64,000 nucleotides of DNA from Kondoa subrosea (Eukaryota). Location of the stretch: positions 372,001-436,000 of the forward strand of contig BCIN01000009.1 of the NCBI GenBank assembly GCA_039545335.1, given 5' to 3'. Made by a program: the position numbers and the translations under genes. The notes beneath the pieces are model-generated. The model saw only the letters and a list, made by a program, of their open reading frames with translations. It searched no databases and was not told the origin of the DNA. Of this stretch, positions 43,481-55,354 are shown one piece after another (the first letter of the stretch is position 1; every line of letters starts with the position of its first letter).

Positions 43481-45379
43481 ATGGCTCCTGTGACGGAAGA
43501 AACTGATAGCGCAGTACTTGTATGTTGATGCTCGGAGAACGGGATCAGCAGTTGTATCTGAATGCACTCTCCAAGGCTCTCCTGGGCAAGAAGCAACTGC
43601 TCAAGAGAAGATTTGGTTTCTTCTCCCTCTTGAGTTTCGCGCTATGCGAGCTCATCACCTGGGAAACTGTACTGGCTCTATTCGCACAAGCTTTCAACAA
43701 TGGTGGGCCTGCTGGTCAGTCCTTGCATTCGACAAGGAATTCAAGTACTGAAAAGCCCATGTAGGAGCGGTGTATGGGTTCCTAATTGCTTGGCTTTCGA
43801 CACTATCAGTATATACAGTCATTTCGGAGCTAGCTTCTATAGCACCTATTAGCGGTGGTCAATACTACTGGGTGTAAGCCCGGGTTCTGTACTCCGATGA
43901 CAATTTCGCTAATGGATGAAGCGATATAGCCATATTCTCGCTCCACCCAAATACAAGACAATTCTTAGTTATATAGTTGGATGGCTCACCTCATTAGCTT
44001 GGATCGCAACTGTGGCAACAGAAACTCTCTTTGCCGGTACAATCATTCAAGGCATTATGATCCTCGACAACCCAAATTACGAAGCCAAAGCTTGGCAAGG
44101 GACGCTCTTAACTTGGGCAGTCATTGTTGGCTGTATCTTCCTAAACGTCGTCTTACCTGCTTATCTACCGCAATTCGAAATTGGTATCACCATCTTTCAT
44201 CTTATGGGTTTTGTTGCTGTCATCGCAACATTATGGACTTTAACACCAGAATATACAAGCAGTCATGATGTATGGACCAAATCACTTAATACTGGCGGTT
44301 GGCCAACTCAAGGTCTTTCGTACTGTGTTGGCTTTTTGGGCAATGTAGCAACATTCGTCGGTGCGGATGCAAGTGTACACATGGCAGAAGAAGTCAGCAA
44401 CGCAGCTCTGAACATTCCAAGAGCAATCTTAGGCGCTATGATGCTAAACGGAGCAGTAGGCTTTGTAACTTTGGTGACGGTGTTATATTGCTTGGGGGAT
44501 ATTGAGAAAGTACTCGGCACAGCAACTGGTTTCCCTTTCATTCAAGTCTTTAGCGACAGCGTTCGCAATACTGCTGGAGCAACCGTTCTGTGTGCGTTGG
44601 TACTCATTCCGACTTGGGCATGTGCGATGGGCATCACTACTACTGCAAGTCGAATGATTTGGAGTTTCTCAAGAGATAATGGTTTGCCAGGAAGCAAATG
44701 GCTTTCAAAGGTGGACAAGCGTACTCATGTACCAGTCATTGCTTGCCTTGCTGCAACAGGAATCGCTGCTTTATTGACTTTGGTCAGTGCGATCTCTCGC
44801 TCGTCTTTGATGTAGAATTGACTGACAGTCTACCTGTAGATCTACATTGGCTCTGCAACAGCTTTCAACGATGTCATATCTCTCACAATTACTGGCTTTT
44901 ACGGCAGCTATTTCCTTCCAGCAGCTCTGCTGCTCTACCATCGCGTCAAAGGCACAATTGCACCTCATCAGAAACACAATTCTGGTAATGAGATTTCTGG
45001 AGCGGAAGCGATACGCAAAGAAGCAATGGGAGAAAAGATTGATACAACGCAAGTGAAAGAAACCGATGTCGATACATTAAACAGCGTCGATATCGTCAAC
45101 GTCCGTCTTATGTGGGGTCAATGGCATTTACCGGGCATCATTGGTATCATCAACAACGCCTATGCTTGCCTCTATATGATTTTCGTCATCTTTTGGAGCG
45201 TTTGGCCGCCGGAAACACCTGTTACTGCTTCAACTATGAATTATTCCGTCTTAATCACTGGCGCAGTCGCGATCCTGTCGGCTATTTGGTACTTTGTCAG
45301 AGCAAAGAAGACGTATAGAGGCCCGACTGTGGATAAAGAGGTCGCCGCGGTATTGCGAGCAAGTACAGTAAAGGTATAG
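43481..45379 (+). CDS. APC-superfamily amino acid/choline/GABA permease
   Basis: LKRRFGFFS; NGGPAG; ELASIAPISGGQYYW; HMAEEVSNA; SRMIWSFSRDNGLP. Confidence 0.92.
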
Positions 45380-45761
45380 GTGTGTACGAATCGGTCCAAG
45401 AGTAAGCGCGTAGAGGCAAGAGATAAAAAAGTTGGGATGTAGGAGCATTACAATTGTTCAGTTTGGATTTGTCGTTTTGTATTTAATGAGAGCGGATCAA
45501 CAGCGACGCTTTTGTATCTGAGCCCGGGGCCGCACAAACGCATGTAGCTTTGCGCCATGCAGTAGTTCCTTGTTCTAGATGTCGCGAGTATATTGCTGTC
45601 CTGCGCTTATCCAGCGCTTTCCAGTCTCTTTTGCACGCCAGATATTACACAGACAGGTCTCTGCATGGTATCTAGCTGCCTCGGTATCGCATCGTAGGTA
45701 TTACTTCGCGGTTCATTGACGACCTCTGGAATTTTGGAAATCGCTCTTTACCAGCTCGTCC

Positions 45762-48700
45762 ATGTCCTCTGCCTATGTCAAGACCAAGCTAAAGTCAACT
45801 CGAGATGCTCTTCAGCAGAAGGAATATGACAAAGCCGCTGAATCAGCAAAGTGAGTCTGCAGATTCTGGGCGACGCATTGTGAGCTGAAGCAAGTGCTGT
45901 ATTAGGGACATTTTGTCCTTCGAAGCAACCAATTACAATGCTCGAGTCTTCCTTGGTTTAGCACTGTTGAATCTTGGTCAATTCAAAGAGAGCGAAGCTG
46001 CCTATTTGCAAGCGATCAAAGAGAATCCTCAGCTACCGTTGGCACATCAGGTCTCTATTAGCATAGTGCGATCGGTGAAGAGACTGATCGTATGTCTCAG
46101 GGTCTGATTAAGCTGTATGAACAACAACAAGATTGGCAGAAACTGGGTGATTTGCTCGAGACGAATCTCATAAATCATCATCAGAAGTATGTCTTTACAC
46201 GTTTCGTTTTGTGGGATCTACCCATCAATCAAGCAGTCAGGATGCCATCAAGGTAGCTGAAACTCTTCAGCGACTGCTGGATCTGCGGCGAAATCATGGC
46301 ACTCGTCAAGAAGTGAGGCCCTTGTCTTACTGATTGATTACTAGCTGATTGATGAAGTAGCTTATCACTACCCTCTCATATCTGCTAGATGGCTCACCAT
46401 ACTATAATCTTCTTTCGTCATTACCAGATCCAGAGCCTACAGCACCGCTTGCATCGGGCATTCATTCAATTCAAATGACTATGCAGAATACTTTGCCTGT
46501 ACTGGAAGAAGTCATCAGCTATACAGAAGCGGACGAATCTGCTAGAATAGCGGCAGAAGTGGATAAACGCAGAATGCGCTTGTCTGGAACGCCTTTGAGT
46601 GCTGTCGAGACAAAGAAGCTTGTGCAGAGGGGTTTGATGGCTACTTCAGCTTTACCAGGTTCGTCAAAGAATAGAACGCTTTCAATATGTTATTGATACG
46701 TTCTTTTCTTATGATCGACAGCTCTTTATGATCAACTCCTCGCTCATCCTCATGCATCTGACGAGTTGCGTCGCTTCACCGAGTCTAAACTTCTCTACCA
46801 CCATCTCACCTATCTTCAAGCACTACCTTCACCTTTCTTGCAACCCATAGCAGCAGCTACAACCGATGCGCAGAAAGCAGCCGATGCGAAAGAAATCAAG
46901 AAATACGCCATGATCAAAGATCAGACAAGAGAAACGGTTGAGAAACTTGCTGATGGGATGGTCTTGTTGAGAATACCGGAACCTGCTGCTTGGCAAATCA
47001 AACTGGATTGGACAGATGTACCTTCGCCTGGTCAGTAATGTAAACAAATTCTGTTTTCGTGATACAACTGACACTTAGATCAGATGCTTACGAGACTTTC
47101 AGTCTGAGGAGGCATGTGGAAGTCTTTCCGCCTGAAATGTATGTTTCTGGCTGCGATAGCTGACACAAGCTGACCCAAGTATAGATCTCCCTTATCCTCT
47201 CTCATTCAAGCTTACTTATTGCTAAGCGGTCGTAATAAGCCGGATGAAACGGAGGAGAAAGATCAAGTCGAAGCAGAAGATTCGAGCGAAACCATCAAGG
47301 TTGGTGCATTTTGCAGTCGAGTCTGCTCGGAGGCTTACGCATCTGGCTAGAATGCTTTCGAAAACTGCTCGCATAACTTATTAGCACATCTTATCACCGC
47401 TCAAGTTTATCTCAGTCAGAAGGATTATACTTCTGTGCAAGAAGTATGCGAATCGGGTCTGTCGCTAATCCGACAGCGAGAAGATGAAATGGGTCGACGT
47501 CTGCCTCTGTAAGACATCCAATTACGATACCATAGAATGTGAACTGATCTTCTTGTGTTACAGAACGAAACATTACCTCTCCACGTGCTTAGCTACAGCT
47601 TGGGTTCATCTTAATCCACCTGTAAATCACCGTAAAGCACTTCGACTACTGACTGAGCTGCTCGAAGAAGATCCAACGGATCAAGCTTGTCTGATAGGAC
47701 GTGGTTATGTGCTTGAATCGGACGAGAGATGGTCAGAAGCACTCGAGATGTTCGAACAAGTATTGCGTGTGCAAGAATTGGATCGAAATATCAAGCGCGA
47801 AGTAGAGAGTGAACGTGCTTGGTGTTTAGTAGGCATGGAACGATTTGAGGAAGCAGAAATTGGTTTGAAAGCGATTCTCGAAGAAGTGATGGAAGAGGAT
47901 CAAAAAACGATACAAGACTTGCCCACTTTCAGAGCAAAGATGTGGTGGAGACTTGGACAATGTTACTGGCAGATAGGTGGTAAGTAAATGCTCCTGCTGA
48001 CGACCTTTCTGATTTCTGCACTTAGGCGAAAAACAAAGCAACACCGATTTCGCCTACAATGCATTTATCAGATCAATTAAATGCGATCCTCTTTACGCTC
48101 CGTCTTTCACTGCACTTGGTCTCTATTACCTCAATGTCTGCTCACCTCCGGATCATACTCGGTCAAGCAAATGCTTCCAGAAAGCCTTTGAACTCGATCC
48201 GCGGGAGGAATTAGCGGCGAGGCTACTAGTCGCCGATTTTGCTAGAACCTCGGATTGGGATATGTGCGAGATCATAGCCCGACGAGTCTTGGGTGGGATC
48301 GGCGCCCTAGCAAGCTCAGGTACCACAGTAGCTCCTGCAGCCGGTGGAGCACAGGCAAAGAAGTATGCTTGGGCTTGGAGAGCTGTAGGTGCAGGAGATC
48401 TGGTATGTCGACTTGTTTCTTGCTTGAAACGAGATACTAATACGCATTGAAAGGCTAAACAAAAGTACGCGACTGCTATAACAGCTTTTCAGTATGCACT
48501 TCGCGGCAAGGCGGAAGACGCTCAGACTTGGCTCCGCTTGGGTATGGCTTATCGTGGAGTAGGCAAACACGTAGCAGCTCTTAAAACGTTTGGTCACGTT
48601 TTGGAGCTTGATTCGACTCAATGGGCGGTGAAGTATCTTGCTGCAGATATCCAAAGATCAATCGGTCTGCTGGATCCGGCTATATTGGCACTGGAAGGAT

Positions 48701-50916
48701 TGCAAAAAGAAAGACCGGAAGAATTGGGCGTACTCATTACTTTGGCAGAAAGCCGTCTAGCATCTGCTCGAGTCAAACTACGATCTGGACAAAGACAACA
48801 TGCGGCAACACAGCTCTTCTCCGCTCTAGACAATATATTGGTCATTCTTCGCTCAGGCAAAGGCATACGAGCCGCTTGGAAGTTGGCTGCAGATGTTGCT
48901 TCTGAACTCGGAAGACTGCCAGCAACGGATCTGGACAACTCGATAGAGACAGAGAAGCTTCTCTCGTCAATGCTTGCGATTTTACAAGAACAAGCGATTG
49001 ATTCGAAATTGAAAGGAGTCGCAAATCAACTCAAAACGCAAGACTTACAAGATAGCATACCGATCCTTGCGCACGAGGTTTTCTTGGTCTTGGCTGTCCT
49101 TGCTTCTCAAGCCCGGTTGGTCCATGAGCCCGAGAACTCATTTATGCTGGGTTCAGCTTGGTTGGATCTAGGTGTTACCCAACATCAGCTGAGGAAGTCC
49201 AACTTTGCAGAAAACGAAGATCGCAAAAAGGAATTACTTGACTCAAGTCTCGCCTGTTTCCGCGAAGCACTGAAAGGAGATCCTAGAAACCCTCTATTTT
49301 GGAATGCTCTGGGTGTGGTTGCTTTCGATGCAAGTCCCAAACTTAGTCAACATGCATTCATCAGAGCTGCAGAATATAGCACCAGAGTTCGTTTAATACT
49401 TGCGCTCCCTGTGTGTCTTTTGTCCTGACATATCATCTAGTCGGCCATACCATGGACGCATCTCGGTCTTTTCTATCTGCATCACGAAGACAGTGAATTG
49501 GCGAACAAAGCATTCCTTCGAGCCCAGGTGCTTGATCCTGATTGGCCTCACGCATGGCTCGGTCAAGCTTGTCTGGCCGCGTTGCACGGGGACGTCAAAG
49601 AACGTCGCGCTTTGACAGCTCATGCCTGGCTTCTGGCAGCCGGCTCTCTGGTAAGTTGCAACTTCGCTTTGAGCAAATGCAACGTCCTTATCTTGTCATA
49701 GCCAGTTGCAGACATAGAATACGCCAATCTTCTGACCGACTCAGATCTCTCACCTGCCGATTTCAAGCCTAGCATTCCAGCAGCTCTCAACTCCCTGGAC
49801 CGCTATCTACAGCATCATCAAACATCTGCTGATGCGCTATACTTTCACGGCATCCTGTCGGAGCGCTCTAGTCTGCTTGATGCTTCCGCTCAAAGCTTCC
49901 GTCGAGCTGCTGACTCTCTGGAGACCGAGTACGAAAAGGAAGAATTGGAGAATACTGCTCGGCATTTCGTTCTCGCCCGAATCGGCGAAGGTCGTGCTCT
50001 TTGCGCAAACGAAAGCTTTCCAAAGGCTCAAGAAAGCCTGGAAGTCGGTCTAGGATTGCTTGGCGAGCCAGAAGACGAAGAAGGCCTGCGGTTGCAAGTT
50101 CAAGGACTGATTCTTCTTGGTGTGGCAAGATATTCCGCAAATCCTGCCGATCCTTCCACTAGCATAGAAGCGTTGGAGACAGCGTGTGAAGTGGCAGATC
50201 GATTGGGAGAATCCCTCTGGATCGCTCGTGCTGGCATCTCCTTGGCCAAAATTCTTTGGGCAAGTGATATCGAGGAAGGTCGAGAAGAGGCCAAGTCGCG
50301 GCTGCTTTCGTGGTAAGCTTCTTGATCAAGCAGTGGAAGTCTTGCAGCTAATCTGCTGATACAGCATCAATGACCCTGAAACTGGTCTTCCGAATCTCGA
50401 GGCTGTTGCTTGTTTGGCGGCGATGGCAACGTGTGCCGAAGACGATGAATTGCTAGAAGCTGCGATATCAGAAATAAACGGTCTGGCAGCGGATAAGCGA
50501 ACAGAGCTAGACCCGTCAGGCGAAGTGACTAAATTGCTGGTTGCACATCACTTGCTAAAGGTCCGTTGCGCTTTCCTTGTGGGTCAATGAGACGAGCTGA
50601 CATATATTTTCAGGATGAACGGGCTGAGGCCATCGCTGAGCTGTCGAAAGCCCTGCATAGCCAGCCAGCCTCGCTTCAAGCCAGAAAAGATCTCGCGACA
50701 TTACTCCTGCAAAGCGAACAGATTGAGAGTGCTGTACAAATACTAGTGGACGAAGGGAATATTGCGCAACAAAATGATCCCGAGTTCAGAAGATTGCAAA
50801 CGATTGCCAAAGTGCTGCAATCGGATGAAGCACAGAGATCGGATACAACACAGCAGACTGTGCATATATCACCATGGGAAGTAGACAATTGGAATCTGCT
50901 GCGTGCTGCAGCATAG
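45762..50916 (+). CDS. SKI3: Superkiller protein 3 (TTC37-like) TPR protein
   Basis: MSSAYVKTKLKS; NYNARVFLGLA; KCFQKAFELD; WAWRAVG; WNALGV..PKLSQHAFIR; WTHLGLFYL. Confidence 0.9.
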
Positions 50917-51130
50917 ATGTAATAATTGACATAGATGTAGAATAGTGTAAAATTAGAATAGGGTAGACTGAAGACTATTGCATCAGCGCGCCGAAGATTG
51001 GCACTAAATTTGGATGATTAACAGGAGAAGACCTACTGCTGTATGCAAGACGCCCGGCGCTGATGTCCTGCGTCTTGAAGACGTTTGTCTAGCTAGTCCC
51101 AGCACTGATCATCTCGCCCAAGAGCAACAA

Positions 51131-52424
51131 TTACGAGGCCACACTTTTTGAGTCTTGCTCTCGCCATAATACTTCTCCTAGAGCTCCATCATGCATACTC
51201 TTGATATACACTCTACATTCAAAATTAATCAGTATTTGATCAGATTCCCCCATCAAACGGGACCAACCCAGCATCATTGCCATCTCGAAACAGAGATCCA
51301 CCTTGTATACCTTTTATAGCCTGACCATCCTTAATCCTCTTGATCGGCGCAATGAAAGCCCATTCAACACCTTTTGCTCCATCAGTATGGCTTTTGCCTA
51401 ATAGCCATATCAAAGGGCTTAGAATGAAGAGGAAAGCGTAGTTGAGAACAAGGTAGAATTGTAAGAACATCCATGCGATTTTGCCTTTGAACAGCGGGTG
51501 AGCAAGATCGGGACTGAGCATTTCGTATATTGATGTGCGAGTAAGCCCGGGTGAGACACTCAAGAAAAGTATCTTGTTATCTTGCTTTACTAATCTGTTG
51601 TGAGCTTCTTTGAAAAGGATGACATTGTTTAATGTATTTAATGCTTTGATTCGCCAGGTTGCTTGTGATCGGTAGGCAAGAGAAGGAGGAGAAGAAGAAG
51701 GCGAAGGAGGACGAGGAAAGTTTGCTGCTGCTGCATAGAAAGGAGAATCGACTACTTGAAGAATACGAATTTGTTGAGGAGAGGCTGAAGCTTGTAGCAT
51801 TGGATCAGGAGGCAGACTGATGACTGTCTTTTCGAAACTTGGTAGAAGGGTTTTCGCGAGGAAGAGATTCAGATCTGGTTTCCCATTGACCGAAGGAAAG
51901 AAGATGAGACCAGCTACTGGAACTCTGCCAATTTCTTCATTCAATGCACCCTTTCGCGGTGAAGCTTTCTCCCATTGCGCTGCGAATTCCTTGATGCTCT
52001 CTTCTGATGTGAGGTCAACAGCTTCAATGTATATCTCAGGCTTTCCCCCGTCATTTGCGCTCACTTGCAGTAGAGCTAACAACTGCAGCGCTTTAGGCAT
52101 AGTCGCTTCTTCAGGCGGGAGTAAAAGAATGATACGCGCTCCATGAGAGAGTAGAAGAGGTAAGAGAGGGAGTGCAGGCAAAGAGAAGGCATTCTAAAAT
52201 TCGCCCAATGAGTTGGAGGCAGAATTACCGCACAAGAGAGCAATCTGGCTGACAGTGACAAAGACCACTTTTCCTCTCAGATCACGAGTATTTTCAAGTG
52301 CTATTGGTGGCAGAGAGCCAGCTGCCCAAGCACGAATCGCATACAAGCAGATACCTCCTGCAAACCAAAAAGCCAATTTGCTCAAGGAAAGATTCTCGCA
52401 CGCTGCCCATATGGCGTATAGCAT
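51131..52424 (-). CDS. Membrane-associated SDR-like protein with degenerate Rossmann motif (PBR1-like)
   Basis: N-terminal TM then 'RDLRGKVVFVT'; HGARIILL; VDLTSEESIKEFAAQW; SVSPGLTRT; hydrophobic segment 'PLIWLLGKS'. Confidence 0.65.
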
Positions 52425-52753
52425 GCTCTAGGTATCCACAAGCCCAGGATATATGTGCTTTCTGTGCTGGTTCAAGACAACATCCAGAAACTTGGTGCTT
52501 GTCGAAGGACACCCACGCTGGCTCAGGTGTATGATGAATTGCCCTTCATCTGCTAAACCATTTCATGCCTCTCTTACTATCCAGCTTGATACTCGGTGTT
52601 TCTCCGCGAAGACTGCTTCTCGTCACATTCGCATTTGTGTCGCGCCAAGGAGTTTCAATTACTATTGATGCCTCTTCCATACACTCTGAACAACAGATTT
52701 GGGGCTGAATTAGTGGGCATAGCGATGTGTTAATACATCATTCGTCAATCTTC

Positions 52754-52754
<1 letters not shown>

Positions 52755-52788
<34 letters not shown>
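52755..52788 (+). repeat. (TC)17 microsatellite about 50 bp upstream of the LPMO start codon
   Basis: Perfect TC dinucleotide run read directly. Confidence 0.95.
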
Positions 52789-52793
<5 letters not shown>

Positions 52794-52840
52794 AGCATTG
52801 ACTCTCGCTTTCTCTTCTTTGTCTTCTCACACATTTCAAC

Positions 52841-55034
52841 ATGCTCTCTGCTGGTCAGATCTCAATCTCTTTGTCTCTGTTATCTCTTCTAGGTCTTGTC
52901 AATGGGCATGTGAGTAGAAGCTCTGCGTTTTTGTCTGTATGTGCTAAGCTATGCACTGCCAAAAAAGGGGTTTCCGACCCAATTCACGCAAGTCCCTATC
53001 TTGAAACAGCCTTGTTACGCTTACACGATATTTGTAGCGCGGATGGCGTTGTTCACAAGACTGCCAGTGAGTATACATCGTAGCTGACATTTGTACACTG
53101 GACTGAATATGCCGGCTGCTAGATCCTTGGGCTGACCCTGGTCTTACCACCAAGACAGCCACTCGCAACTTCAACTCTGGCGATCGTAAGTTTCCTGTTG
53201 TTGTAGGGCAGAACAACTGTCTCTGATGCTGCTCTCAACCAGCTCTCAAAATCTACAACGATGGTCAGATCGCTTGTAAGGGTAATGGTGCACCCCAAAA
53301 CACGAACTCTCCTGCGGCTTTGGTAGCAGAGTATGTGACTGTCTCTTTGATTGCACTACCAGTTCTCAACGTGTGTTTCGCGCAGCGTTACTGCTGGCTC
53401 TACCTTAGAGTACAAGTGGACTAATGGAGGCTCTCCCGTTCGTTCTATCCTATTGACTGTGCTGACTATGCGCATTGACGTAACTTTTCAAGTGGGCAAG
53501 CTGACTTTCTGCGGGCGAATCAGAACTTTGCTCAAGCTTTATTTTCTAGCCTGTCTCTCATAAAGGACCAATAATGACGTATATGGCAGCCTGCGCCAAT
53601 GGCGATTGCACGACCTTCGATGCTAAATCAGGCAACATATGGTTCAGTCTGTCCATCCTCTCTATGCAACTCTATTCTTTCTGATGAAAAATCAATCCAG
53701 AGATTCAGGAAGAAGGCTACCGTGGTCTGATCCCTGGAGGCGAGCCAGAGTACGCCTGTTCTTCATCTAGCTATGGTTTGCTTGATGCTGATTTGATATG
53801 AACAGCGGTGGAAACACCGGAGGCCGTTTCTATACTGCGTGGGCTTCAGACGATGCTTGTTTCCTTCGCCTTCTTGTTACAAGACAGAGCTAATGTCCTC
53901 ATACAGCTTGTCAAAGGCTTGCCATCGAAAGCAACTATTCCCAAGAACCTTAAACCTGGTCAATACTTGTTGGTGGGTGCACTTGATCGATCCGCTCGAA
54001 AGTATCGCTCATATCTGACCCTCTCTCTGCCTGTAGAGACATGAGCACATTGCTTTGGTGCGCCTTACTCGTAAAGCTATAGTTCGACTTGATATGTTCT
54101 ATCTAGCATGGAGCACACGGAGGACCCAATCAAGCTGAAGTCTATGTCTCGTGCACTCAATTGAACGTCAAGGGATCTGGTACCGCATTTCCTCCCGCTT
54201 CTGCTTTGGTTGCATTCCGTATGTAATACTTCGCTGTCCTGTCGAACTATACTCAAATAACTCCAGCTGGCGCTTATGATGCCAACGACCCAGTATGTTG
54301 CTACTAAGAGTCTATTGCTGATCATTAATTGTCTGCGCGACGAAAAGGGCTTGTACTACAGTGAGCTCTTGTCTCACTCTATCTTATCGCAAGTTCTGAC
54401 GTCCTTGCGATAGAGGCTGGTGCGCTGTTGACCGTTGTCATTGCTCACTGTTTTTGAACCTTGCTTTAGGAATATGGGGCCAGCAAGAACGGACATATCA
54501 AATCCCTGGTCCAGCTGTTTGGAATAGTATGACAGCTCCACTGCCTTTGTGAATCAAATTTTGATCCACTTTGGACAGGTGAGGGTTCCGGCGCAGGCGC
54601 TGTTTCAAACGGAACGACTCCTACTCAGCCAGCTACTAGCCCTGTGCCAGTCATCTCTTCTGCTGTATCTGCTGCTCGCCCTACCAACGTCTTGGCTCCT
54701 GTTCAAGCTCAAGCTCCTGCTACACCAAAGACGTCGGCAGCAGCAGCTGCTTCTCCTCAGAATAACGGACCTGCTGGATCAGGCGGCGACTACAACTCGT
54801 GAGTATTCACCTTGTCTCTCAATTGTCAGCTTCAGCTGAGAAACAGTTGTAGCTGCATGAGGGCTATGAACGCATGTAAAGATACAGCAAACGCTCTTGG
54901 TGGAGGTCAGCTGCACATTACGTTGTTCGCCAATACTTAGCTGACCAATGCTTCTAGTCGGAATGGCCGCTTGCGATGCTGTACCTTGCCAAATGCGGCG
55001 AAAGCGAAACCACAAGCAGCGCTTGCACAATTGA
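52841..55034 (+). CDS. AA9 (GH61) lytic polysaccharide monooxygenase with linker and C-terminal Cys module, ~20 exons
   Basis: Signal peptide ending VNG then His; IAC; WPVSHKGPIMTYMAAC; WFKIQEEG; WASDDL; PGQYLLRHEHIALH; AEVYVSC; FPGAY..DPGL; YQIPGPAVW. Confidence 0.9.
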
Positions 55035-55354
55035 AGCAAGGAAGAGGAAGAAATGTTGATCATTTCTATCGGGCTGACATCGTATTGTATAAAGCATAGC
55101 AGCGCAGGTCGCGTGCAATTGAACATTGATTTTGATCAGACATAGCGCATTTAGCTTGTTTCTTTTAAAAACCTTGACATCTTCTCCATCTCTCACTTTC
55201 TCTCGTATTGCGCCGTCTGGGGACGCCTGAGACATGAAGGAAGAAAGTCTAATAAATGTGTAAGAGCGGATCTGAAGTACAAATGAAAGATGCAATGCAA
55301 GAAGCTGTACAAAGAGCCAGTGTCCGCCGATAATACATGACGAGCCAGTCCAGA

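Noticed and set aside
51005..51115. Hairpin (CAAGACGC..GCGTCTTG) with GATGA/CTGA words resembling a C/D snoRNA
   Set aside because: Box C is imperfect and no convincing rRNA complementarity was found; probably 3' UTR sequence
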